This document shows, in pieces, positions 11,016-23,425 of a stretch of DNA of 64,000 nt; the first letter of the stretch is position 1, and the number at the start of each line of letters is the position of its first letter. The position numbers were made by a program, and so were the translations under genes. The DNA lies in the NCBI RefSeq assembly GCF_006345805.1, contig NC_043002.1:34038001-34102000 (forward strand), given 5' to 3'. The notes beneath the pieces were generated by a model. The model was not told the DNA's origin. It worked only from the letters and a program-made list of their open reading frames with translations, and did not search any database. Source of the stretch: Octopus sinensis (lineage: Eukaryota).

Positions 11016-12705
11016 CCACCACAACCACCACCACCATCATCATCATCATCACCATCACCAACATCATCATCGTGGTCGTCATCATCGTCATTGCTGTCGA
11101 TGCCGTCTTCTTCATCACCATCATCGTTAATTGCAGCATCATTGTCAACGCTGCTGCCGTCACCGTCACAGCCGTGACCGCCGCCTCCACCACCACCACC
11201 ATCGCCATCATCATCATCATCATCATCAACACCATCATCATTAATAGCTATAACAACACCACCACCAACAACAACAACAGCATCAGCATTAGTTACAGTG
11301 CTGGAAGTGGTGGTTGGGGGGTTCTGATTGAGGTTGTGGTCGAGATGGTAGTAATGGTATTGGGCGGTAGTGTTGGTGGAGGTGCTGGGCAAGGTGGTAG
11401 TGGTGATAGTGGTGGTGGTGGTGGAGATGAATTGATGTGAGGGTGTAGACTGCTATAATTAAAAAGAAATAAATATAAAAAATAAAGCTATGATTTTCGA
11501 CTGGTGCAATATTATGAGGTGTTAATGGTGGTGGTGGTGGTGGTGGCGGTGGTGGTGGTGGTGGTGGCGGTGGTGGTGGTGGTGGTGGTGGTGGTGGTGG
11601 TGGTGGTGGTGGTGGCGGTGGTGGTGGTGGTGGTGGTGGTGGTGGAAATGGTAGTAGTGGTGGTGGTGGTGGTGATTGTGGTGGTTGAGATGGTGGTAGT
11701 GTTGGTGATTGAGGTGGGTGATAGGGGTGTCATTATAGTGGTGACAGTGGCAGTGGTGGATGGCGATGGTGGAGATGGTGGGAGTGTCGTCATAGTGGCA
11801 ACTGTGGTGGTAGTCATAGTAGTGATGATGATAATGATGATCCTAGAGCAACGGCGAGTCAACTGTAGAGGTGGTGGTAGTGGTGGTGCTGGTGGTAGTT
11901 GTACTGGAATGTAGCGGTTTTAGTGGTATTTCTAGTGTTGGTAGTGTGCTAGTAATGGTTGCAGAGCTGCTGTTGATGGTTGTGATGATTGTTGAGGCGT
12001 TAGTTGTAGTTGTTAGAGGTGGTGGTCATGTTGTTGTTAGTGGTTTCTGTGGTTGTAGTGGTAGTAGCGATGCTTGTGTACGTAGTAATGGTGGTAGTGG
12101 TGTTTGCGGTAGTGGTGTTGGTGGTAGTTGTTGAAGTGGTAGTTGCAGTGTTGGTGGAGGTGTTGGTGTTGGCGGTAGTGGTGTTGGTGGTAGTTGTTGA
12201 AGTGGTAGTTGCAGTGGTGGTGGAAGTGTTGGTGTTGGGGGTGTTGGGGGGGTGGTGGTGGTGGTGGTGGTGGTGTGGTTGTGTTTTTCACAGCTCTACT
12301 GAAGCGAAAACAACGGGGAGTCCAGAGGAAGAAATGTGGTGACTTGTTAAGAGGAAGGGATGGAGACGGAATGGAACTGGAAAGAGAAAATGTCTTGGGA
12401 AATATATGGAATGGCAACCGTGAGTGGCTAGAGAGGAGGCGGTGGTGGGAGAGCGATGTGACGGAAGTGTGTTGTTTACAAGGTAATCACTCTCTTCGGA
12501 GATATTTATGGCAGGGAAATTGGCACTGTGTTCAGTCGTTGTTGTCATAGTTACTGACCAGCTTCTCCATCACTGCTCACTGGAACATAGCCATTTCTAT
12601 AATTGATTTATTATATTCACTTTCATAACTTTTATCTATTTGACTGTCTGTCTGACCGTCTGTTTGTATGTATGTCCGCCCGGCCGTCCGTTCGCCTTTA
12701 TATTA

Positions 12706-12797
<92 letters not shown>

Positions 12798-12914
12798 CAT
12801 CTATTAATCAATCAATCGGTTTATCTCCTACTTTCTCTTTAAAGTGTTACATGCGTACATATATATGCATGTATATATGTATATATTTACATATATATAT
12901 ACATACATACATCA

Positions 12915-12945
<31 letters not shown>

Positions 12946-13061
12946 TATATGTATAAATATATATACGTATATGTATGCATGCATATATATGTATATATAT
13001 TGTGTGTGTGTTATATATTCTATATATATATATATATAAGCATATTTATGTGTGTATATAT

Positions 13062-13101
<40 letters not shown>

Positions 13102-13375
13102 CTCTACACACATATATACATATATGTACAGATACACATACGCACACACAGGCACACACATGTATATATATATACACACACAATATGCACACAAATATGT
13201 ACTTATCACTGCCCCTATAAAGTCTATAAATGATAAACAGAAATAATCCCTAAATAAGTTGGACCCATTTTGTCTTTGATGTGATTTCGTGTGCGTTTGT
13301 GTATGTTAAGTGTGTGCGTGTGTGGTGTGTTTGTATGCGGCATGCTTATTTCTGTGATGTACGTGCGCTATGTGA

Positions 13376-13420
<45 letters not shown>

Positions 13421-13860
13421 GTCCAACTGCTCTGTAATATGGCAGGCAATGCCAAATGCAATATTGTTGCTATAAAGCGACCTGCTGTTAGTGCAGTAAT
13501 GGTCAAGTTATACCACCACCACCACCACCACCATCACCACCACCACCACCACCATCACCACCACCACCACCACCATCACCACCACCACCACCACTTTCTA
13601 TCTCCACCACAACGATTAAAGGCCAGATTTCACCACTATTACCGCAGAAATGGGGAAACTACACCGCTACCCCACCACCACCACCACCACCACCACCACC
13701 ACTTTCTATCTCCACCACAACGATTAAAGGCCAGATTTCACCACTATTACCGCAGAAATGGGGAAACTACACCGCTACCCCCCCACCACCACCACCACCA
13801 CCACAACCACCGCAACCACACATCCAACACTACCACCACCATCAACACCGCCACCACCAT
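9985..13860. repeat. Mosaic of trinucleotide tracts (GAT, GAC, GGC, GGT, CAT, CAC) with (CA)n, (ATCT)n and (TA)n blocks
   Basis: Direct reading; explains the poly-M/V/D/H/T/I ORFs. Confidence 0.95.
13593..13781. repeat. Direct duplication of about 81 bp embedded in (CAC)n, period 108
   Basis: ACTTTCTATCTCCACCACAACGATTAAAGG...CACCGCTACCCC at 13593 and 13701. Confidence 0.9.
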
Positions 13861-13861
13861 T

Positions 13862-14316
13862 GGTCAGTTTTCATCACTGTCACGACAGTAAGGTTCAATG
13901 TACATCACTACAGCTGCAGTGGTCAGTGTACACACTGTGATGGTCACTCCATAGCAATACGTCAATAAGCAGTCTAATCTACTATATAAGGTGTTTGACC
14001 ACTAGTTCTTGTCTGTATCGCTACTGCAGTAGTGGACATTACCACAAATCTACCCCTAATAGCTGTGGAGAGGATGGAGTATGTGGGTCAAGGGGTGACA
14101 TGGTGGCCTGGATCAATGACAGGTCAAGCAGAGCGGGTCACATGACGCTCTACGACAGTTCACTGGTGTGTGACCGTTAATGAAATGGAACAAAGTGTTT
14201 GGTTGCAGATCAACCATGACCAAGTAGAACTGTGACCAAAGGCATTCCATCCATGACCATCACGTGATTTTTTGGTTTCAATAGGCCATGAAGCTTGATT
14301 TGAGGGAAATTTGACC
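13862..14316. promoter_or_regulatory. Candidate cis-regulatory module: 12 GGTCA/TGACC half-sites, a TATA-like box and E-boxes
   Basis: Motifs counted by hand. TATATAAG at about 13983, GTCACATGAC at 14137, ATCACGTGAT at 14259. Function is inferred. Confidence 0.35.
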
Positions 14317-14349
14317 GCTATTTCTGGAAGGACGGATAATCATATAGAG

Positions 14350-14694
14350 CAGGGGTTCTCAACCATTTTTTGTCTATAGACCCCTTCGATTCCTATTCTA
14401 TTCTTGTGGCCCCCCCCCCCATAGCCATTCGATGTTTAAAAACTAGTTTTATAAAAATTTCTTTCAAAATTCCTATTTTGCTTTCAACACATTAACTTGT
14501 GTAGGTTGAATTACTTAAACTGTTAGAGAAAGAAACTTATCTGTTTCTTGCAATACATCTAAAGCAATTTTTTTCAGGGGCTCTTAAAATACTATTGTAG
14601 ATCCCCAATTTACTACTTTATTGTGTGGACCTACCACCCCTAAAGTCTTATATGGACCCTCACGGGCCATATGGATCCTCGTTGAGAACCTCTG
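14350..14694. mobile_element. hAT (Charlie-like) MITE
   Basis: TIRs CAGGGGTTCTCAAC / GTTGAGAACCTCTG and a perfect 8-bp TSD ATATAGAG (14342-14349, 14695-14702). Confidence 0.92.
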
Positions 14695-14879
14695 ATATAG
14701 AGCCTCCTTCGCTGAAATGCCGAATGGATTGGTCAAATGGACAAAGTAAGCTGTTCCTGCCGAAAATGTGAGTTCACGCTCAGTTAGTGGAGGTATGTAT
14801 TGGACAAGGCGTATTAGCCAATGTGACACTATGGCGGGCACACGAGAGAAATAATATTAAACATAACCTAAAATCTGTC

Positions 14880-15120
14880 TCAAGCTTTAAGGCTAATTAG
14901 ATCGGAGCTTATCTCAGTTTCCAAGAAGTATAAGCGACAGGACCTTTTCCTGGATGGGGCACCAGTCCACCCTAATGTTAACTCTCTACTGCCGCTGATA
15001 TTCATCTCAACTGAGTAGACAGGAGCGATGTGATGGGAAGTGACTTGCTCAGGGAAAAGTGCGTTACCAGTTCAAATCGAAGCCACGAACCAGCACACAA
15101 ACCAATAGGCCATGCACCTT
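14880..15120 (-). mobile_element. Old SINE, different family
   Basis: The reverse complement starts AGGTGCATGGCCTATTGG and has a CCCTGAGCAAGTCACTT CORE-like motif. Confidence 0.5.
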
Positions 15121-15134
15121 CATAAAAATAGTAT

Positions 15135-15440
15135 AGATAAAACTTTAGATATGTTTCGACCAAAGATTGGTCCAGGCCATGTCTAACTTAATAGCACCAC
15201 CTGATAGGATTATCTAAATCCTTTTTAAGTCAAGTTTTGTTTATGGTCCATTCAAGTAGTGAATTCTTGTTGAGTGAGTTGTGTCCAGGTATGGGTGGCT
15301 TATCTAGTATTCCTTGAAGAAATCTGTCCAGACTCCGTTTAAAGCTGATAGGATCCTTATCCTCTTTGATCTGTTTTGGGTATATATAGAAGTAAGAATT
15401 TGACTCCAGAATTGTCTGATTTGTACAAATATCTCTAACC
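15135..15440 (-). mobile_element. LINE 3' end (CR1/L2-group-like)
   Basis: Translates to FKRSLDRFLQGILDKPPIPGHNSLNKNSLLEWTINKT*, then 3'UTR. A second copy is at about 21150-21370 (+). Confidence 0.6.
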
Positions 15441-15459
15441 AGTTTGTGTGGTGAACAGT

Positions 15460-15740
15460 TACTGCACTGGTAACTTAGTGAACAATTATATCACTTTTGT
15501 GATATAACTGAATGTAGTGGACAGTTGTACTATTGTTAACATATAATGAACAATTATGACTTTACATCTTAACATGTTAATAAACAACTATTTCATGTAA
15601 ATGAGCGACATTATGGTTATATGTTGTAAACAGCTATACCATTGTTAACATGCAGTGAACAACTCTTTCATTGTTAATATATAGTGAACAACCCTCTTAT
15701 TGTTATCCGCATTGAACAACTATATCGTAATGTAGTTGAT
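15460..15740. repeat. Degenerate minisatellite with a GTGAACAA(T/C)TAT motif
   Basis: Recurring motif; a related array lies at 17345-17610. Confidence 0.55.
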
Positions 15741-15789
15741 AGTTATAAAGACATGATATCATTTTATGCAGTTAAAATCACTATACATG

Positions 15790-15945
15790 CATATATATTT
15801 TATCTTTTATTTGTTTCAGTTATTAGAATACGGCCATGCTGGAGCACCGCCTCGAAGAATTTTTATTCGAATGTATTGACCCCGGCACCTAATTTTTTAA
15901 AGCCTAGTACTTATTTAATCGGGATCTTTTGTCGAACCACTAATG
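15790..15945 (-). mobile_element. SINE family B tail
   Basis: CGGCCATGCTGGAGCACCGCC..AAGCCTAGTACTTATT..CCGAACC. Similar tails at 16420-16560 (-), 18455-18600 (-), 19950-20115 (+), 20490-20700 (-). Confidence 0.8.
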
Positions 15946-15960
15946 TATATATATATATAT

Positions 15961-16244
15961 TTATAATCAAGGGTACAGGTACTAACGTTGCTAGAAATAA
16001 GAGTCGAAAAATACTCAAATAAACTACAATATCATTGTAAATTTAACAAGCTGATGAAACCGAGGAGCGAGTAAAAGCCAGCCTACCATTGCGGGGGAAA
16101 AGACGCAAAAGAATTTGCAGATATACCCATATCACGTGATTTCGATTTCGTCAGATTGTTAAATTTACAGTGATATTGTGGCTTATTTGAGTACTTTCCG
16201 CCTCTTATTTTTAGCAACGCTGCTACTTGTACCCTGGATTATAG
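15961..16244. mobile_element. Palindromic mini-element with remnant HHR cores
   Basis: 15961-16060 is the reverse complement of 16145-16244. The arms carry CTGATGA and CTGACGA; the minus arm continues with GAA-ATCACGTGAT-A. Confidence 0.7.
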
Positions 16245-16804
16245 ATTTACTTTTTGGGTTTTTATGCTTGCTAGTCTCAACCAGAGTCCACGTGGTAGTG
16301 TTTTGTGGGGTAGAGCATAATGGCTGTATTGTGCGTTGTCCACCTACACTTATTATATATATATATTAATATTATTTGTATTAATAATAATATCTTCATA
16401 TATACATACACATACAATATTTTACTCGTTTGAGTCATTAGACTGCGGTCACGCTAGAGCACCGCCTTGAAGTACTTTTAATCGAATGTATCGACCCCAA
16501 TACTTAGTTTTTTAAAGCCGGATACTTATTCTATCGGGATCTTTTGCCGAACCGCTAAGACATACATGCATACATAGATACCTACATACATAACGCCTTT
16601 AATTCTTGGTATCATTTCTATTCTTGGTATCATTTTTATATGTAAACATACCTACATTTTTTGCATTTCATGTATTTAATATACTTTCTATATTAACCTG
16701 CTCAACTTGCTTGTCTTTACATTTACTTCTCTACCCGCTCAAGTTAAACCTCTTGGGCACTACTAAATATATTTTATACGGACAATATTTGATTCTCATC
16801 TATG

Positions 16805-16853
<49 letters not shown>

Positions 16854-16908
16854 AAAAAGAAGTTTGAAAACGCCACTATATAAGAAAAATTTTAAAATTT
16901 TCTTAGAG

Positions 16909-16953
16909 ATTTTACATGTTTCAGTTCTTGTAAAAACGAACCTTATCAAAAAT
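16909..16953 (-). ncRNA. Minimal HHR motif with compensatory U3-A8 core
   Basis: ATTT-TTGATAA-GGTTC(10 nt)GAACT-GAA-ACATGT-A-AAAT. Confidence 0.65.
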
Positions 16954-17344
16954 AGTTTTAAAAGTTAAGTGTGATAAAAAGAAGTTCATAATTGTTTCTT
17001 ACTAGTCTCAACAGAGTCCACGTGGTAGTGTTTTGCGGGGTAGAGCATAATGGCTGTCTTGTGCGTTGACTAGAATTGTTGGGTGTAATCGAGAAAGTCC
17101 ACCTACACTTATTATAAATATATATGTATATATATATATGCAGTGATCAACGACAAATCATAAAAATCTTATCTATACTAAACAACTATAAACTGTAAAA
17201 ACTAAACGGTGACTTGCATATTGATTCTTGGTACGTTCCGAGACATTCGAACGTGAATATACTAATCGCTGGTGTGCCTTGCCAGTGGAGAATAATTACT
17301 TCTTTCAGACGAATGAATATATACTACAGGTATAGTAACGTTGA

Positions 17345-17610
17345 TTCAAGCAGTGAACAACTATAACTCTCCCGTAAACAGTGTATAACTATATATCACT
17401 GTTAAATGCTGTAAACAAGTTTAAAATAATTTGTAGTAAATAGCTATAAACATACTAAATATACTGTGAACAATTATGAACTTGGTGTATACGGAGTGAA
17501 AAATTATAAACTTGTTATATGTGCAACGAACAAGTATAAACTTGTTATATATGTAGTGGGTGAACACCTATAAACATGTTATATATGCAGTGAACGTTTA
17601 TAAACTTGCT
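17345..17610. repeat. Minisatellite of about 30 bp (GTGAACAATTATAAACTTGTTATAT-like)
   Basis: Direct reading, degenerate. Confidence 0.65.
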
Positions 17611-17678
17611 GAGGAGAACACCAATAAAATTACAATACATATATATATTCGTATATATGTATATATACGTATATATAT

Positions 17679-17728
<50 letters not shown>

Positions 17729-17868
17729 AGTATATATATGTATGTATATATATATATTATATATATATATATGTATATATGTATGTATGTGCGTATGTAT
17801 TATCATTAATAAGCAGCAATAATTACACACACATCTATCCATTCATCCACAGATACATCATACATACA

Positions 17869-17917
<49 letters not shown>

Positions 17918-17919
17918 AC

Positions 17920-17996
<77 letters not shown>

Positions 17997-18665
17997 ACAT
18001 GTATAGTAAGGACCTATTAACTTTTATATGTTGTGTAGCAGTTGGAAGCAATGACCAATTACAAAATTATCATGGCTAGTGAACGAACAATATAGTTATT
18101 TTATAACAAACTTTTTTCAATCGTTGTATATTGTGACAAACTATCTATAAAATTGGTGTGTATTAATGAATAAGTTTTTGCTTAATGATGACGTATATAT
18201 TTGTTTTATGCCGAGAAGATATAAATTTCATAATTTGAATTAGCAATATATAACAAATGATATATTTCAAAAATATTTTGTGCTATTTCTTCAAACTTTT
18301 GTTAAGAATTCATTTATGCCGTGTGGACCTTGATAAAACTTATAAAACTAATAGAAACAGACAAATTCGCGCCGACTGATGTCAATTAAGGAGAGCTTTC
18401 TTTAAGACTTTCGTTTAAATATCTTTTACCTTTTATTTGTTGCAGTCATTGGAATGTGGCCATTTTGCAGCATCGCTTTGAAGGGTTTGGTCAAACGTAT
18501 AGACACCTGTATTTATTTTATAAAGCCTGGTACTTATTCTATCGGTTTCTTATGCAGAACCACTAATTTGCGGGGTCGTACACACAGACAAGCACAAAGA
18601 CAGACACGTCACACCCACACGCGCGCGCGGGCGCAACCCACCATACATACGTACATTCATACATA

Positions 18666-18728
<63 letters not shown>

Positions 18729-18733
<5 letters not shown>

Positions 18734-18940
18734 ATCCAAACAAGAAAACACAAAAAACACCAACAACGCGAGGACGTGGAACATAATATAATATTATTGG
18801 ACGCTCAGGAAGAAAGGAAAGAAGGGAAGAAGGAGGGGTAACGTTTCAGCGGAGCTCTTCGTCGGAAACATAGGAGGAAGGAAGATCCGAGAAGGGAAGA
18901 CAGAGGAAAAAATCACAACGGTACACACGAGGTGTGACAT
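18729..18940 (-). mobile_element. Short element flanked by (TA)n with an HHR-like motif (CCGACGA core)
   Basis: Homologous to 59735-59965. The minus strand at about 18836-18870 reads GTTT-CCGACGA-A-GAGCTCCGCT-GAA-ACGT-T. Confidence 0.7.
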
Positions 18941-19072
18941 ATATAATCTATATATATATTTATATACACACACACACATACATAAATATATAACTATGGT
19001 TTATATACATGCAAACATGCATACATACATGTATATATATATAATATATATAATATATATATATATAGATAT

Positions 19073-19127
<55 letters not shown>

Positions 19128-19676
19128 GTATATATATATTTCTCTTCTGTGTGTATTCTATTGACGAGACAAAGCATTACTAAATGCAAAGTCAGAAATC
19201 CGGGGTCTAGAATTATCCAGTAATTTTTTACTAGTTTCATCTTGTCTCTTTGCTTTCTCTCCGTGTTGATATATGGACAATTAAGGTGGTTTTAGAGTCA
19301 GATCATGGCTGCTATTTTCTGCATGGTGGTATCTCTTACATAGCCTAATTTATAATTTTAATAATTATTACCTTTGAAGGTTATTTTTTTCTATGCTGAC
19401 CACTTGATAAAATTGTTATTTTATTTTAAAATTAACTATATATATAATACATACATACATATATATATTATTTATATTATTATTATAATATATATTAATT
19501 AGTTGATTAGATATTTAACCACAGTTTAAAAAGTAATAAGAAAGTGGAATTGAATGTGTGCGTGTTTTATAATTTGTGTAGCGTAATGACTCTTCCAAGA
19601 CCTAGTCATATGTGTGAGTGTGTCTGTGTATGTATGCATATATACATACATACATATATATATAGGTATATTATAT

Positions 19677-19735
<59 letters not shown>

Positions 19736-19741
19736 ATACAT

Positions 19742-19784
<43 letters not shown>

Positions 19785-19811
19785 ACATACATACATACAT
19801 ACATACATACA

Positions 19812-19846
<35 letters not shown>

Positions 19847-20325
19847 GTATATATATACACACACACACACACATACATATCTATGTAAGATGGTAATATA
19901 TTAATATATCAATATATATGCAGTAAATGTAGGTGTTTATATGTGTGTGTGTTACTGTATTTAATCTAGCAGTTCGGCAAAAGAGACGGATAGAATAAGT
20001 ACTAGGCTTAAAAAGTAAGTCATAGGGTCGATTTGTTCGACTTAAAATATTTCTTCAAGGTGTAGTCCCAGCATGGCCACGGTCAGTTGACTGAAACAAC
20101 ATAAAAGATAAAAGATAAATGTATATCTTTATACATACATATTTCTTGACACATACATACATATAGGGGCCAAATACAAGCACTTGCCGAACTCCGGCTG
20201 ATGAGCTTTTCGACTGCGAATGATCCATGTTTGCTGTTTGCCGTGCTATCGGCTATTTTTCTGCATATTGTGTTTTTTGGTCTCCGTTTGTTGTGTTCTT
20301 TCAGTTCTACGTTTGATTTATATAA

Positions 20326-20359
<34 letters not shown>

Positions 20360-20391
20360 ATATAAATATATAGAGAGAGAGAGAGAGAGAG

Positions 20392-20480
<89 letters not shown>

Positions 20481-20692
20481 CACACATATACTCTTTACTC
20501 TTTTACTTGTTTCAGTCATTTGACTGCGGCAATGCTGGAGCACCACATTTAGTCGAACAAATCGACCCCAGGACTTATTCTTTTAAAACTTAGTACTTAT
20601 TCAATCGGTCTCTTTGCCGAATCGCTAAATTACGGGGACGTAAACACACCAACATCGGTTGTCAAGCGATGCTGGGGCAAAAATACAGACAC

Positions 20693-20735
<43 letters not shown>

Positions 20736-21149
20736 ATAATATATATATATATATATAATATAATATATATATATTATATATATATAACATATACAACCCC
20801 CACACACAAACATATATATTATATATATATATGGATATATATATATTAATAACATATACACACACACACATATATACAGTTTCTCCTGCGCCTATATATA
20901 TACGCATATATACATCTCTTTATATATATATATATCTTTATATTATAATAAGAGATACATATATATATATACAGCCATTCCTGCACCCGTATATATGTGT
21001 ATGTGTATGTGTATATGTATATGCATATGTATGACTGTCTCAGCCAACTTGGAGCCTGATGGATCTTTAAATTGGAATCAGTGTCCTATCTGCTGCTGAT
21101 GCTGCTGTTGCTACTGCCATACTCAGTATCAATTTTATCACCCATTGGC

Positions 21150-21370
21150 TGCTGCTCAACTTTAAACGGAGTCTGGATAGATTCCTTCAAGGAATACCAG
21201 ATAAGCCACCCATAATTGGATACAACTCACCCAACAAAAACACACTACTTCAATGGACCATAAACAAAACTTGACTTAACAGGATTCAATAATCCTATCA
21301 GGTGGGGCTATTAAGTTAGACTGGCTGGACCAATCTTTGGTCGAAACATATCTAAGTCTAAGTTTATCTA
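21150..21370 (+). mobile_element. LINE 3' end, second copy
   Basis: FKRSLDRFLQGIPDKPPIIGYNSPNKNTLLQWTINKT*; homologous to 15135-15440. Confidence 0.6.
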
Positions 21371-21388
21371 AGTACATGTATATATATA

Positions 21389-21440
<52 letters not shown>

Positions 21441-21613
21441 CAAGATTGAAAAGGAACACACGAGTTGATATGTATAAGGAAAAGAAGACAAGGCAATAAA
21501 TGCTAAAATTATTTTATCATTTTAGTACTGGTATCAAAATACTAAAACAGGTACTAAAATGTTCTTCATGATAAAATTATTTTAGCACTTCCTACCTTGT
21601 CTTATTTTCCTAT

Positions 21614-21646
<33 letters not shown>

Positions 21647-21699
21647 CATACCTATACGTTACATGCACACACACGTAATACATACAACATATATATATA

Positions 21700-21765
<66 letters not shown>

Positions 21766-22173
21766 ATAATTTTTATAGTGCAGGGATTGTTACACAGGTT
21801 TGTGAGTATTATCTGTTAACGTAAATATATTTCGAATACAAGTATCAAATATCGTTTTTAAAGCAAAGTTGGTAATCGTGGGCTGACATTGAGAGATCAA
21901 AAATGTTTATACATAGAAAATGAAAAGTAAGAATTAATGAATTTTAAATAGATAAATAAAAGACAAATGCAAGGAAACAATAATACAAAATAATAGTACA
22001 AAATGATTAAACGTGATAAATAATATGTACTATATGTACACATATACACACACATACACACATGGACATAGATCAAACACATAAAGACATACATATAATG
22101 CATATATATACAGGGATGTATACATGCATGTACAAAACTCGCAAACAAATAAAATTGTATATTATATATAAAT

Positions 22174-22307
22174 AGGCGCAGGAGTGGCGCCTATTTATAT
22201 ATATGGTTTCGGGTTCAGTCCCATTGCGTGGCACTTTGGCCAAGTGTCTTCTATTAAGTCTTGTGAGTGGATATGGTAGACGGAAACTGAAAGAAACTTC
22301 TCGTATA

Positions 22308-22358
<51 letters not shown>

Positions 22359-22540
22359 TATACATGTATTTATGTGTCTGTGTTTGTCACCCATCATCGC
22401 TTGACAACTTTAACGGTTCGGCAAAATAGATTGATAGAATAAATAGTCTTACAAAGAATAGGTGGTCGATTTATTCGACTAAAAGGCGGTGCTCCAGCAT
22501 GGCCGCAGTCAAATGACTGAAAGAAGTATAAGATAAACGA
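22174..22540 (+). mobile_element. SINE family B with a rearranged foldback head
   Basis: GGCGCAGGAGTGGCGCC head inversion, followed by normal CORE-like body, (CA)n and tail. Confidence 0.8.
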
Positions 22541-22617
22541 TATGTGTGTGTGTGTGTACATATGAGTATCGCTTATGTATCTACCTTTTTAGTCTATTCT
22601 TCACATACACACACACA

Positions 22618-22676
<59 letters not shown>

Positions 22677-23113
22677 ACCTATTTAATACCATCTGTGTGA
22701 TAACCTCATAACGGGCATTTCAAAGCTTCTATACGGTTATCGGCTATCATATGTCATCATATAGGAAACTCAACAACTAAGAGCTATTACCAATGCACAG
22801 AAACAAAATCCTATTCATTTCATCTTGTTATATATATATATATATAGATATAGATATATAGATATATATATATACCGGAGTAAGCACATAAATGTGAAAC
22901 AAGGTGGAAAAAAGAGTACTCAAATACCAGAGGTAGAATAATATTCTTTATTTAAAAGCAGCAGAAATATAACAAAAGCTGTTACTCAGAGTTTTGGGCA
23001 AGTGTCTTCTGCTATAGCCCCGGGCCGACCAAAGCCTTGTGAGTGGATTTGGTAGACGGAAACTGAAAGAAGCCTGTCGTATATATGTATATATATATAT
23101 ATATGTATGTATG

Positions 23114-23169
<56 letters not shown>

Positions 23170-23306
23170 AATATATATATATTATATATATATACAACAC
23201 ATATATATATATACACATATATATATATATATATATAATATATATGTGTATTATATATATGTGTATATATATATATATATATTATATATATATATATTAT
23301 ATATAC

Positions 23307-23342
<36 letters not shown>

Positions 23343-23352
23343 ATATATATAT

Positions 23353-23425
<73 letters not shown>

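Noticed and set aside
10474-12417. Poly-Met/Val/Asp/Thr/His ORFs up to 255 aa
   Set aside because: Trinucleotide tracts open on both strands, with no domain or non-repetitive coding signal.
13376-13891. His-rich 171-aa ORF with a duplicated FLSPPQRLKARFHHYYRRNGETTPL
   Set aside because: It starts within (GT)n and is explained by (CAC)n plus a local DNA duplication.
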